In this document: positions 35,101-45,500 of the stretch, piece after piece | How positions within the stretch are numbered: the stretch's first letter is position 1 | Layout: every line of letters starts with the position of its first letter | The notes under the pieces: model-generated | Seen by the model: the letters and a program-made list of their open reading frames with translations, nothing else | Told to the model about the DNA's origin: nothing | Databases searched by the model: none | Program-made: the position numbers and the translations under genes | Origin: an uncultured Chroococcidiopsis sp. | Lineage (GTDB): Bacteria > Cyanobacteriota > Cyanobacteriia > Cyanobacteriales > Chroococcidiopsidaceae | Direction of reading: 5' to 3' | Length of the DNA stretch: 64,000 nucleotides | Assembly: GCA_964248365.1 (NCBI GenBank) | Contig: CAXTYC010000004.1 | Span: forward strand, 96,001 to 160,000

Positions 35101-36399
35101 TCACCCCCTCACACCCTCACCCCTTCCCTGGTGAGCGTGGGCGGTTTGTAAGGCTTTGACCAACTGAGCAAAAGCAGACTCAAGTTGAGCGCCAGGATCG
35201 GCGACTACCCAGCCAGAGGCAGTCAGTTGTCGGGTTTCAAAGTGGAGGTGGGGACCAGTAGAGTTACCAGTACTACCAACACGACCGATGACAGTTCCCT
35301 GCTCAACCCATTCTCCTGGTTCGACAAAGATTTCCGAAAGGTGTCCGTAAAGAGTTTGTTGAGTAGATTTATTGTGGTTAAGAACGACTGTTAAACCATA
35401 CCCACCCATATAGTCAGCGACTTCTACAATACCTGGGTAAGCTGCCAAAACTGGTGTACCTAGAGGCGCACCCAAGTCAGTACCAGTATGGAAGCGACGA
35501 TCTCCTGTAATTGGGTGTATCCTCCAACCAAATAATGAGGTAATCGGCGCAGGAATAGTGAGGGGAAACATCAAGCCCTTAATTGCACTTCCTGACTGCC
35601 CAGTTGGTTGAAAGCTAGGATAGTAACTTAAAACACTTCGGTTATGGGAATTAGTGGCAACACGAAAGCCACTAGAACTAATACTAATAGGACCTACCTG
35701 TATTGGCCTAATGCCCGATTTAGCAATAAATGTATTTCTATTTCTATTAAACTCGCTACTTGATTGAGAACGAGCCAGCCGTGCAATTCGTAGCGATCGC
35801 CCAATGGATCGGTTGCAAATACTACCTGAAAGCCCTGCTTGCACCACAGCTTTACAACCTGTTAATCTTTCAGAAAGAATAACTGACTTAGGTGCTTCGT
35901 AACCTGTAGTAGCTCCAATTTTATATTCAGTGGGGTCAATATAAGCACCGCTGTTGTCTGTTGCCGAATTGGAGTTAGCTTTTACCAAACGCCTAGTAGT
36001 AGGTGCTTTGAGTGAACTGTTTAAATTAGTTTGCCCCACTACAACCGGACGAATTCTAGTAGTAGGTGCTTTGAGAGGACTGTTTAAATTGATTTGTCGC
36101 ACTACAACCGGACGAACCTCAGCCAGATTTACTCGGTTTGAGCGCAGCTTTTGTCTGAGTCTTTGCCATCTTGCCCCAGTTGCATTAGGCAGAGAATTTG
36201 CGCTCGGTGTAGCCGCAGTAGCTTCAGGTTGTGTGGGGCTATTGGTGGGAATAAAATTATCTATTGCCGCCTCCTGTGCCAAAACTAGGTTGCTACCTAG
36301 CAGGCTAAAAATGCCAATGCAACTGATGCTTTTTAGTAGCACAGAGCGCAACCAGAAGCGGCTTAAAGGCGTGTATGTAAAGTTGGTACGTTGAGTCAT
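35101..36399 (-). CDS. M23 family metallopeptidase
   Basis: ITSLFGWRIHP...FHTGTDLGA, YGHL, GNSTGPHLHFE. Confidence 0.93.
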   Translation of the reverse strand: MTQRTNFTYTPLSRFWLRSVLLKSISCIGIFSLLGSNLVLAQEAAIDNFIPTNSPTQPEATAATPSANSLPNATGARWQRLRQKLRSNRVNLAEVRPVVVRQINLNSPLKAPTTRIRPVVVGQTNLNSSLKAPTTRRLVKANSNSATDNSGAYIDPTEYKIGATTGYEAPKSVILSERLTGCKAVVQAGLSGSICNRSIGRSLRIARLARSQSSSEFNRNRNTFIAKSGIRPIQVGPISISSSGFRVATNSHNRSVLSYYPSFQPTGQSGSAIKGLMFPLTIPAPITSLFGWRIHPITGDRRFHTGTDLGAPLGTPVLAAYPGIVEVADYMGGYGLTVVLNHNKSTQQTLYGHLSEIFVEPGEWVEQGTVIGRVGSTGNSTGPHLHFETRQLTASGWVVADPGAQLESAFAQLVKALQTAHAHQGRGEGVRG

Positions 36400-36491
36400 T
36401 ACTTATATTGTGGGTAATTTCTAATTTGCTGCTTGGGCAATTTTAAGCGTTTGTACTGTAAAACTCAAATATTTTTACTTAAGCCCAACAA

Positions 36492-37343
36492 TCAGTCCTC
36501 ATAACCTAGAGTAATTGCACCGGGCTTGAGGTAGATTTCTTGCATTTTAGTATATTCACAGTCGTCGGTACCAATACGTACTTGTAATTCTCCGTAAGCA
36601 TTGACACCTACAACTATGCCAGCACGACCATCAACCCAGACTTGTTTACCTATACTGGTCAGTAGCTGGTGGTAGTACGGCAATATCGCGTCTACTCCGG
36701 CTTGTGAACACACTTGATAACCGGATGCTATTCCTAGTATTGTGACAACAGCTAGCATTTCTAGGCTGGTAATCAAATGATTGGCTTGAAAGGATTGGAG
36801 ATTAATACCTGTTGGGGGAACTCGGTTAGCCCAGTTGATACCCACGCCCACCACTGCTAGAGTAATTTTTCCTTGCCGCACCTTGGTTTCGGTCAGAATG
36901 CCACCTAGTTTACGTTGCTCAAGGATTAAGTCATTAGGCCATTTTAGATTAACAGGAATGCCGCGATCGCGCAAATTCATGGCAATTCCCCAAGCACTAC
37001 TCAAAGTTAGCTGGTAGCTTTGTTGGGCTGGAAGAAGAGGTGCAAGTGCCATTGAAAGATACAATCCCCCAGCCTGGGAAGACCACTGACGACCCCATTG
37101 TCCGCGCCCAGCGGTTTGCTGCCTTGCTATGACTACAGTACCTGGTTTTGCTCCCGCATCCAAAAGCTGCCAAAGTTTTTGATTAGTAGAAGGCAAGGTG
37201 TCAAACAGATGAAGGCTAAAGGGCAGGTTCGTAGTCTGTGCAGGTTTTACCGTATCGATAGGACAATCGAAATTATCTACAAACCCGCCCCTACACCAGA
37301 CGGGTATTTCTGCAAGGATGGCTAATAATTTTTGTAGATTCAA
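36492..37343 (-). CDS. birA: Biotin--[acetyl-CoA-carboxylase] ligase
   Basis: STN, QTAGRGQWGRQW, LKWPND, KLGGILTE, GVGIN. Confidence 0.94.
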   Translation of the reverse strand: MNLQKLLAILAEIPVWCRGGFVDNFDCPIDTVKPAQTTNLPFSLHLFDTLPSTNQKLWQLLDAGAKPGTVVIARQQTAGRGQWGRQWSSQAGGLYLSMALAPLLPAQQSYQLTLSSAWGIAMNLRDRGIPVNLKWPNDLILEQRKLGGILTETKVRQGKITLAVVGVGINWANRVPPTGINLQSFQANHLITSLEMLAVVTILGIASGYQVCSQAGVDAILPYYHQLLTSIGKQVWVDGRAGIVVGVNAYGELQVRIGTDDCEYTKMQEIYLKPGAITLGYED

Positions 37344-37411
37344 TCACCGATACCAATTTTAGTTGCTCAGGTTAACATGAATTGACACTTTATTTTTGCT
37401 TGTTTTGTCCC

Positions 37412-38242
37412 ATGCATAGTTGGCATTGGCGTACTTGGTCAGGATTGCCCTACCTAACTTGTAGCATTTTAGATCCTTGGTCTCATGGCTTTTTCACCAG
37501 ACAGTTTTCGCCACGTTCACCAGAGGAATTGACTCAGGTACTACAAAAAGCAGCCTCTGTTTATCGTCTCAAACAGGTACACGGTAATATTGTCCTCTCC
37601 CCTTCCGAAGTCAGAACAGAGCTGGGGGAGCTGGGGGAGAAAAGCCTTTCGCCACTAGCCACTAGCCTACCGGTTCCACTAGCCACTGCCTTAGCAGAAG
37701 CAGATGGTTTAATTACCCAACAGCCAGAACAAGCGGTATGGGTGGCGAGTGCTGATTGTACACCTGTTCTGCTTGCTGACTCGAAAACTGGAATTGTGGC
37801 GGCTGTTCATGCGGGATGGAGAGGAACGGCATTGAAAATTGTGCCAATTGCGATCGCCCGTCTGCTTGCCTGTGGTAGCCAAATTCAAAACTTGCGTATT
37901 GCTCTAGGACCTGCGATCGCAGGTGAGGTATACCAGGTATCAACGATGGTAGCGTCCCAGGTGGGAGCGAGTATTTTTCCAGATCAACAGACAGAATCGA
38001 TCTTGGATAGTTTACAACAATTGCCTGATTCCCCGATTTTGCCAGATCCTCACCAGGAACGAGTGCGGTTGGATATCCGACGAGTAATTGCCTTACAGCT
38101 TGAACAACTAGGTGTTAGTCCTGAACAAGTGGCGATCGCGCCTTATTGTACGTACCAACAACCAGACTATTTCTTTTCTTACCGCCGCGACAAACTTAAA
38201 CAAGTTCAGTGGTCAGGTATTGTTAGTATAAATGCTGGTTAA
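37412..38242 (+). CDS. pgeF: Peptidoglycan editing factor / purine nucleoside phosphorylase PgeF (YfiH)
   Basis: HGFFTR, KQVHG, ADCTPVL, HAGWRG, GPAI, FFSYRR. Confidence 0.92.
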   Translation: MHSWHWRTWSGLPYLTCSILDPWSHGFFTRQFSPRSPEELTQVLQKAASVYRLKQVHGNIVLSPSEVRTELGELGEKSLSPLATSLPVPLATALAEADGLITQQPEQAVWVASADCTPVLLADSKTGIVAAVHAGWRGTALKIVPIAIARLLACGSQIQNLRIALGPAIAGEVYQVSTMVASQVGASIFPDQQTESILDSLQQLPDSPILPDPHQERVRLDIRRVIALQLEQLGVSPEQVAIAPYCTYQQPDYFFSYRRDKLKQVQWSGIVSINAG

Positions 38243-38550
38243 ACTACTGCTTTTGAGCAAAAATATAATTTTTCTTTGCAATTCTTACTATAGTTTACCG
38301 ATTGTAGACATAAAAATGTAGTATAATTATATGCTATTTCAGGCAGTCAGTTGCATATTGTAATTTTACCTAAGTAATTTAGTCTGAATAAGAAGTTGCG
38401 GTAAATTTTTCAGTGAAATCACCCTTGGGAAAAAAGTGTGTGGTGACTAATTTTAGTTTGTACGTTTTGTCGTGTTTGTTTAACTTGAGAAGCGATTAAA
38501 AGCTCTTTTGCAAAACATGACCTCCTCCACACACACACAAATTAAAAATT

Positions 38551-39582
38551 ATGTCCTCATTCACACCAGCTAAAAAAGTTTGCCGTATTGAAGCAACGGT
38601 TGGGTCAATCATCTTAACAGGTATAATGAGCCTACAAACCTATGCTCAGCCAAACAGCAACAGCGGTAAATCTTCGCAAATCGCAAGCAACTCAACAAGC
38701 CCAAAAATTATATACGTCAATCCGAGTTCTGGTAATAATGCACCTAATGCAGGTATCAGCGAAACCAGTCCCTTAAATACAATTACTTATGCTTTACAAC
38801 AAGCATCACCTGGAACTATAATTAAGCTTGCTTCTGGCAATTACTCCACACAAAGCGGCGAAGTTTTCCCACTTGTACTTAAACAAGGTGTCATACTCCA
38901 AGGTGATGAATCCACCAGAGGCGAGAATGTAGTAATTAATGGTGGTGGTCGCTATATTAGTCCAACTTTTGCCCGTCAGAATGTTACAGTTATAGCCGAG
39001 AAAGATAGTACTATTAGCGGTGTCAGTATTAGCAATCCGAATAGGCGCGGTACGGCACTATGGATTGAATCTACTAATCCTATTGTCAAGAATAATACTT
39101 TTGCTCAAAGTAACAGAGAAGGCATTTTTGTCACGGGAAAAGCTGCCCCTGTTATTGTATCCAATATATTTACTAAAAATGGTGGTAATGGCATTTCTGT
39201 TGCTAATTCAGCAACTGGAGAAATTCGCCACAATCTGTTTCAAAACACGGGGTTTGGTTTAGCGATTGGTGGTACTTCCAAACCCCAAATTATAGAAAAT
39301 AAAATTATTCAAAACCGAGATGGTTTGTTTATCTCAGAAGATGCCCATCCGATGCTACGTAATAATGTAATTGAGAAAAACGTGCGTGATGGTATTGTAA
39401 TTGCTGCCTGCGCCCAAGCTCAACCGGATCTAGGAACGGTGGAAAGTTTCGGTGGTAATGTCTTCAACAATAACGGTCAATATGATATTTACAGTAGTGG
39501 AGCTAATTCGTTGGTGATGAATGGCAATCAGCTAGATCCTAACCGTGTAATGGAACAACATCAATATCAATGCGGCTTTTAG
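38551..39582 (+). CDS. DUF1565 / parallel beta-helix (pectin-lyase-like) exported protein
   Basis: IYVNPSSG..PLNTITYAL..GEVFPL..SPTFARQNVT and repeated N-x-F/I beta-helix turns. Confidence 0.85.
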   Translation: MSSFTPAKKVCRIEATVGSIILTGIMSLQTYAQPNSNSGKSSQIASNSTSPKIIYVNPSSGNNAPNAGISETSPLNTITYALQQASPGTIIKLASGNYSTQSGEVFPLVLKQGVILQGDESTRGENVVINGGGRYISPTFARQNVTVIAEKDSTISGVSISNPNRRGTALWIESTNPIVKNNTFAQSNREGIFVTGKAAPVIVSNIFTKNGGNGISVANSATGEIRHNLFQNTGFGLAIGGTSKPQIIENKIIQNRDGLFISEDAHPMLRNNVIEKNVRDGIVIAACAQAQPDLGTVESFGGNVFNNNGQYDIYSSGANSLVMNGNQLDPNRVMEQHQYQCGF

Positions 39583-39620
39583 GCGATCGCGCTTTTAACG
39601 CTCCTCATTGCCTATTCCCT

Positions 39621-39645
39621 TGTTACTAGGCTAAGCCTGGTAACA
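39621..39645 (+). terminator. Hairpin with T-tract after the DUF1565 gene
   Basis: TGTTACTAGG-CTAAG-CCTGGTAACA followed by AGTTTTT. Confidence 0.55.
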
Positions 39646-39790
39646 AGTTTTTATCAGTTATCAGTGACTACTTTACCTTTCTCTCGCAATATCTCACTTT
39701 CTAGTCACTGGTATCTGTTTATGGTAGTTGGTAACTGGTAACTGATTTTTTAGTTGTGAGAAAATACTGAAATTAGTGTTGATTTATTTA

Positions 39791-40903
39791 CTATTTTTGT
39801 GTAAGATAACAATGGCAATCAGGCTTTTCAATTAAGGATTCAACTAAGGCATTTAAAGCTTGTGCCGCTAATAAACCACCGCCCATAGTGCCTAGGGTGG
39901 TGATAAAAGGAACACCAGAACGCATTAATCGCCGCTTGGCAGCGGGAGCATGGCTAAAACCAATTGGCATCCCGATAATTAAGGCTGGTTGCAATTGCCC
40001 ACTCTCAACAGCGTCACAAGCTGCCATAAGTATAGATGGGGCATATCCCACTACTAAAATACAGTCATTAGGCAGGTGTTGCAGTTGTTGTTTCCACTGG
40101 CACTGATGCCAAAAAGCTTGCTCTGCTTCGGCGGCACTGGTAATATGAGGGTCAGCAATTAAGACTTTGACTGAACAACCCAAATGAGCTAATCTGCTAC
40201 GATCGAGGGCAGCAACGACGGGGGGAACATCGCCGATGATTTCACAACTAGCACTCAAGGCGTTACGGGAAGTTGCGATCGCATCTTTACTCAACTGCAC
40301 AAAATTAACTAAACTGACATCGCCACAAGCTAGCACCAGTTTTGAAAGCAAGTCTACTTCTATCTCAGAACGATCAGATAGATCTGGTAATAACTGTTGC
40401 AACGATTCCTCAAACTCTTCGGGATGGGCGACAGTTGCAGCATCCCAATTCTCCCACAGCTTTTCTAACTGCCCTAATCCGTCTTGGGTTTCTGCTTCTA
40501 ATCGTCGCAGCTGGGCGATCGCGTGTTCTTGCAAATTTTGACACGAGCGATCGCGTCCTAGCAATCCTTCCAATGCAGCAGCTGTTTGTCGCAACCTTGC
40601 TAACTGTTGCATCACCGATTGGTAATGTTGGTGTAAGCCAGTCAAACTATTAGCTTGGGTTGCTGAATTTTCTAGTAATTGCCGAATATGAGATAATTGA
40701 AATCCTTGTTGTTTGAGCAATACAATGCGACGTAACTGTTGTACATCCTGCTGCGTATAGAGACGATAATTACTGTGCGATCGCGCTGGCTGAGGCAGTA
40801 AGCCGAGTTTATGATAATGCCGCACCATTCTAGGAGTACAACCCCCACCCACTGCATCAGTGAGTTCTTTAATTGTTAGGTATTCACCAGCCAATATCAC
40901 CAT
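39791..40903 (-). CDS. coaR: MerR-family regulator fused to a precorrin-8X methylmutase-like domain (CoaR/CorR type cobalt sensor)
   Basis: MerR HTH (TPRMVRHYHKLGLL..RSHSNYRLY), CbiC-like domain (IGMPIGF..AK), C-terminal CHC motif. Confidence 0.88.
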   Translation of the reverse strand: MVILAGEYLTIKELTDAVGGGCTPRMVRHYHKLGLLPQPARSHSNYRLYTQQDVQQLRRIVLLKQQGFQLSHIRQLLENSATQANSLTGLHQHYQSVMQQLARLRQTAAALEGLLGRDRSCQNLQEHAIAQLRRLEAETQDGLGQLEKLWENWDAATVAHPEEFEESLQQLLPDLSDRSEIEVDLLSKLVLACGDVSLVNFVQLSKDAIATSRNALSASCEIIGDVPPVVAALDRSRLAHLGCSVKVLIADPHITSAAEAEQAFWHQCQWKQQLQHLPNDCILVVGYAPSILMAACDAVESGQLQPALIIGMPIGFSHAPAAKRRLMRSGVPFITTLGTMGGGLLAAQALNALVESLIEKPDCHCYLTQK

Positions 40904-40918
40904 AATTGTATTTTTTAT

Positions 40919-41338
40919 TTATCTACTATCTAAATCTTGTAAATAATTCTCTAATTCTTTTGTCCGTTTTTCTGTCATCCCAGCTAAGCAAGAAGTGCCA
41001 GTAGGGTTTGCCATTGTCCCACCTTCAAATTGTCCTCTTTCATAATCACAATTTGCATCTCTAAACTTAATCCAAGCTAGTTGTGCTAGGGTGATTCTTT
41101 ACTTTTGATTACCACTTAATTTTGATTGTAACTGGCGATAAACTTGATTGAGTTTGCGATCGGCTGCCTTATATTCTTGATCTGCACAAATATTCATCTC
41201 TACTGTTGTCTGAGGACTAGCACAGTTGACTTTTTCAGCTATCTGTTGCTCATCTTGTGCCAAGATAGGTAAGCTAGGAGCGCTAAATAGTGGTAGTAAA
41301 AGTGCTGAAGAAATTATCAAACGTAGATCGAACGCCAT
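40919..41338 (-). pseudogene. Lysozyme inhibitor LprI-family gene with one in-frame TAA
   Basis: Signal peptide, CASPQTTVEMNICA...ADRKLNQVY...NQK*RITLAQLAWIKFRDANC..GGTMA..CLAGMTEKRTKEL; stop at 41099-41101. Confidence 0.85.
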
Positions 41339-41620
41339 AAATTATACTTAATTAATTGCTCTTTACTTAAGAGCAGTTTGCAAATTAATTTGTGCGCTTT
41401 GTAGCGAAAGTCCTCAAAACAAGACTAATATAGCGAGCCTATTTGATTTGTGAAATAGACTTTTTTACGTAGACCGAAGGGCTTGCCGCTGGCTACCGCA
41501 AAGACGCAAAGAGCGCAAAGTTAAGAAGTAGACAGAGGTTTACGAATCATTTAGCAATGCTATGGAGGAATTTATTATATTTTAGTGGACTTGTACCAGA
41601 CGTTGAATTTTAATTTTCAG

Positions 41621-41653
41621 CTTGACATTAACATTAGTGTCAAGGTTTAGAGT
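41621..41653 (+). promoter_or_regulatory. MerR-type promoter/operator of coaT
   Basis: -35 TTGACA (41622) and -10 TAGAGT (41648) with a 20-bp spacer; dyad CTTGACA-N10-TGTCAAG overlaps the -35. Confidence 0.8.
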
Positions 41654-41685
41654 GGAAGAGTCTGCACATATTGACGCTTCCCCCA

Positions 41686-43647
41686 ATGACTCAGCAGTTG
41701 CTCTCAATTACTCGCTGGCGATCGCCTTTGAAAGAACATCCAGAGGCGATCGCAGCTATTGTATGTGGTTTACTGGTATTCCTGGGTTGGCTATCTCTAC
41801 AATTAAGCTGGTTAGGGCTGGGTTTGTTACTTTTAAGTGCAGCCTATGTAATTGGGGGATATGAAAGTCTGAGTGAGGGATTGACAACTCTGTGGAAAGA
41901 AAAAGAGTTGGATGTTGATCTGTTAATGATTGTGGCAGCACTAGGGGCGGCTATTCTGGGCTTGTGGCGAAGAGAGTATTACCTAATTGTTGATGGTGCT
42001 GTATTGATTCTGATTTTTGCAATTAGCGGCGCACTCGAAGGCTATGCGATGCAGCGAACTGAACGCAACATTCGCAGCTTGATGAGCTTGAATCCAGATA
42101 CAGCAAGGGTAGTGCTGCATGGTGAAGAACAGATGATTCCGATTGCTAAATTACAAGTAGGCGATCGCGTGTTAGTCAAGCCAGGAGAACTAATTCCTAC
42201 CGATGCGATTATTTTAGAAGGATACAGCACTCTCAATGAAGCTGCTATTACTGGCGAATCCTTACCAGTAGAGAAGACAGTAGGAAATGAAGTGTTTGCA
42301 GGTACGTTGAACGGCTATGGTGCTTTAACGCTGCAAGTACATCAACCACCAGAAAGCAGTTTAATTGGGCGAGTGATTTCGCTAGTTAAGCAAGCACAAA
42401 CCTCAGCACCGCCGTCTCAACAGTTTATAGAACGTTTTGAGAAAGGCTATGCAAAGGTGATTGTGCTAATTGGGCTACTACTGGCAATTTTACCGCCGTT
42501 GGTTTGGGGTTGGGATTGGGAAACCACAATTTATAGAGCGCTAATTTTTTTGGTAGTGGCTTCGCCTTGTGCATTGATGGCTGCAATTATGCCCACACTG
42601 CTATCAGGGATTGCAAATGGAGCCAGACAGGGTATTTTGTTTAAGAGTGGTACTCAGTTAGAGATAATGGGGAGAGTAAAAGCGATCGCCTTCGATAAAA
42701 CTGGTACTCTCACAACAGGGAAGTTGCAAGTTGTCCAAATTATTCCTGCTGCACGTTGGAAGCCACAACAAGTTTTGCAAATAGCAGCAGCCTTAGAAGC
42801 ATACTCAGAACATCCTATTGGAATGGCTATAGTATCCGCCGCCCAACAACAGCAACTAGCTATTACAACTGCTAGCCTGGTGCGATCGCACCCTGGGCAA
42901 GGTATTATCGGTGAAGTTCACAACCTGCAAGTTGTAGTAGGAAAAGCCGCCTTTGTCGAACAGCAGATTTCTGGTGAGTTAATTGATCTGGCTTCAAATG
43001 ACAACAGAACCGAAGAGGAATGGTATCAGTCAATTCAAAAGCTGGAAGCAGAAGGTAAAACGGTTGTTTGGGTAGCTCAGGCAAACCAGCTTGTAGGAAT
43101 TATTGCTGTTGCTGATACTCTTAGACCACAAACAGCGGAAATTGTCAAGCGATTGAAACATTTGGGCATTGAACAAATTGTGATGCTGACAGGAGATAAC
43201 AAAAGGACAGCGCACAGCATTGCCCAAGCAGTTGGTATAGATCAGGTGTATGCAGAACTCTTACCCGAAGACAAAATGAATGTGATTCGCCGTCTACAGC
43301 AGCAATATCAAACTGTAGCGATGGTAGGAGACGGTATCAACGACGCACCCGCACTTGCTGAAGCATCGGTAGGTATTGCGATGGGTGCGGCTGGTAGTGA
43401 TGTGGCTCTGGAAACAGCTGATATTGTTTTGATGACAGATCGTTTAGAAAAGTTAGAACAAGCAATTTGCTTAGGTCGTCGTTCTCAAGCAATTGTAAAA
43501 CAAAACATTGTTTTTGCATTAAGTTTTATTGTGTTGTTATTGATTGCAAATTTCGCTGGTAACATTACCATGCCTATCGGTGTAATTGGGCATGAGGGTT
43601 CAACAGTTTTGGTAACGTTAAGTGGTCTAAGGTTACTGAGAAGTTAA
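41686..43647 (+). CDS. coaT: Heavy-metal P1B-4 type ATPase (CoaT/CorT-like cobalt exporter)
   Basis: SPC in TM, DKTGT, TGES, SEHP, GDGINDAP and HEGS motifs; divergent from coaR. Confidence 0.88.
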   Translation: MTQQLLSITRWRSPLKEHPEAIAAIVCGLLVFLGWLSLQLSWLGLGLLLLSAAYVIGGYESLSEGLTTLWKEKELDVDLLMIVAALGAAILGLWRREYYLIVDGAVLILIFAISGALEGYAMQRTERNIRSLMSLNPDTARVVLHGEEQMIPIAKLQVGDRVLVKPGELIPTDAIILEGYSTLNEAAITGESLPVEKTVGNEVFAGTLNGYGALTLQVHQPPESSLIGRVISLVKQAQTSAPPSQQFIERFEKGYAKVIVLIGLLLAILPPLVWGWDWETTIYRALIFLVVASPCALMAAIMPTLLSGIANGARQGILFKSGTQLEIMGRVKAIAFDKTGTLTTGKLQVVQIIPAARWKPQQVLQIAAALEAYSEHPIGMAIVSAAQQQQLAITTASLVRSHPGQGIIGEVHNLQVVVGKAAFVEQQISGELIDLASNDNRTEEEWYQSIQKLEAEGKTVVWVAQANQLVGIIAVADTLRPQTAEIVKRLKHLGIEQIVMLTGDNKRTAHSIAQAVGIDQVYAELLPEDKMNVIRRLQQQYQTVAMVGDGINDAPALAEASVGIAMGAAGSDVALETADIVLMTDRLEKLEQAICLGRRSQAIVKQNIVFALSFIVLLLIANFAGNITMPIGVIGHEGSTVLVTLSGLRLLRS

Positions 43648-44333
43648 ATAGAATCAGTTGTAATCAAACGTCCATCTTCTATATAAACAATGCGATCGGC
43701 AATATCAAGAATGCGGCTGTCGTGGGTAACAAGTAAAATTGTGCAACTTTGCTCTTTAGCTAAATGTTGCATCATCTCTACTACATCTCGGCCAGATTTT
43801 TTGTCTAAAGCGGCAGTAGGTTCATCAGCAAGTACAATTTGAGGATGGCTAACTAAAGCACGAGCAATTGCTACCCTTTGCTTTTGTCCACCTGACAACT
43901 TCTCAGGATAATAATTAGTCCGATTTCCCAAGCCAACAGCTTCGAGTATAGCTGTTGCTTTACCATCCAACTGATTGATAAATTCATCATGCAATTCTAG
44001 AGACATTCGTACATTTTCTTTTGCTGTCAAGAATGTCATGAGATTATGTGCCTGAAAAATGTAGCCAATATTGCGGCGAATTTGTGTTAACTGCTGCTTA
44101 GTGGCTCCACACATTTCCTGACATAAGATTTTCAAACTACCTGATTGAGCAGAACGTAAACCACCCATCAGAGTTAACAAAGTGGTTTTTCCCGATCCAG
44201 ATGGTCCAGTCATGATCGCAATTTCGCCAAGATAAATATCTAGATTGATATCAAATAAAGTCTGTTTACTCAGTTCTCCTTCACCGAAATAGTGATTGAG
44301 ATTTTGTACAGAAATGACGAGTTTTGTTGTCAT
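43644..44333 (-). CDS. devA: DevA-family ABC exporter ATP-binding subunit
   Basis: GPSGSGKT, LSGGQKQRVAIARA, LADEPTAALD. Confidence 0.9.
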   Translation of the reverse strand: MTTKLVISVQNLNHYFGEGELSKQTLFDINLDIYLGEIAIMTGPSGSGKTTLLTLMGGLRSAQSGSLKILCQEMCGATKQQLTQIRRNIGYIFQAHNLMTFLTAKENVRMSLELHDEFINQLDGKATAILEAVGLGNRTNYYPEKLSGGQKQRVAIARALVSHPQIVLADEPTAALDKKSGRDVVEMMQHLAKEQSCTILLVTHDSRILDIADRIVYIEDGRLITTDSI

Positions 44334-44345
44334 AGGGATGGGTAA

Positions 44346-45500
44346 TTAAAAAACATCGGCGGGATCGGCAGAACGTAGTTTTTGCATGGCGATCACTCCC
44401 GAAACACTGCACATTACAAACGTCATTACCAATACAAATACGGCACGTTCAAGCTTCATGCCAATTGGCATTAATGTAGCAGCATAGGCAAGTTGATACA
44501 GTCCCACAGAAAGCAAAAATCCTGGTATATAACCCAAAATTGCTAATAATAAAGATTCTTGTAACAAAACGATGAAGAGGTAGCGATCGCCATATCCCAT
44601 TGCTTTTAAAGTCGCATATTCTGGTAAGTGATTGACAACATCGGTGTAGAGAATCTGATAAACAATCACAATCCCAACAATAAAGCCAACTGTTACACCT
44701 AATCCAAAGATAAAACCGATCGCACCTTGGCTTTCCCAATAGTATTTTTCTACTTCTGCAAATTCTTCTGGTGTCATGACTTTCACATCCCCACCTAGAA
44801 TTGCTGTTAGTTCAGTTTTTACTACTTCCGGCTTAATTCCTGGCTGAAGTTGAATTAAACCAACTTCAATTTCCTCTGGCTGTCTTTGTGGAAATAACTT
44901 GAGAAACGTTGAGTCACTGGTGATAACATTTCCATCAGCGGCAAAAGTAGCACCCATGCTAAATAATCCTACGACTCGAATCACTTGCTGATTGACTTCT
45001 GCTTCTAGTGTTCCTTGTTTTTGCACACTGTCTGCAATTAAGCCATATTCAGGGCGAGATGAGCGATCGAATAATACTTGGTTTAGCTGTTTAAGTTGCG
45101 GTAATTTCTGTTCTATCTCTGGTACAGCAAAGCTTGGTGCTTCTGGATCAACACCCCAAATCAATATAGCTCGGTTTTGGCGCGTGTCGGGATTTTTCCA
45201 TTGTCCACTGGCAATATAGATAGAACTAACCGACGCAACACCATCAGCACTTAATGCTTGATATAGTCTTTCTCTGGGAAAACTTTGCACTGACAACAAA
45301 GTTTGAAATTGTGGATTTGTCAAGACTAAATCTGCTTTCAGTAAGCGTTGCGTTTGGGTTACACCATCATAGAGAGCATCTTGCAATCCTAGTTGCATCA
45401 AAATCAGCATATCTGCAAAGGCTATTCCAGCGATCGCTACCAATAGGCGCGTTTTTTCTTTCATCAACTGTCGCCATGCTAGGGGAGTTTTGCGAAACAT
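44346..45500 (-). CDS. devC: DevC-family ABC exporter permease
   Basis: TPLAWRQL, FAADGN, VYQILYTDV..HLPEYATLKAMG, ADPADVF. Confidence 0.92.
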   Translation of the reverse strand: MFRKTPLAWRQLMKEKTRLLVAIAGIAFADMLILMQLGLQDALYDGVTQTQRLLKADLVLTNPQFQTLLSVQSFPRERLYQALSADGVASVSSIYIASGQWKNPDTRQNRAILIWGVDPEAPSFAVPEIEQKLPQLKQLNQVLFDRSSRPEYGLIADSVQKQGTLEAEVNQQVIRVVGLFSMGATFAADGNVITSDSTFLKLFPQRQPEEIEVGLIQLQPGIKPEVVKTELTAILGGDVKVMTPEEFAEVEKYYWESQGAIGFIFGLGVTVGFIVGIVIVYQILYTDVVNHLPEYATLKAMGYGDRYLFIVLLQESLLLAILGYIPGFLLSVGLYQLAYAATLMPIGMKLERAVFVLVMTFVMCSVSGVIAMQKLRSADPADVF

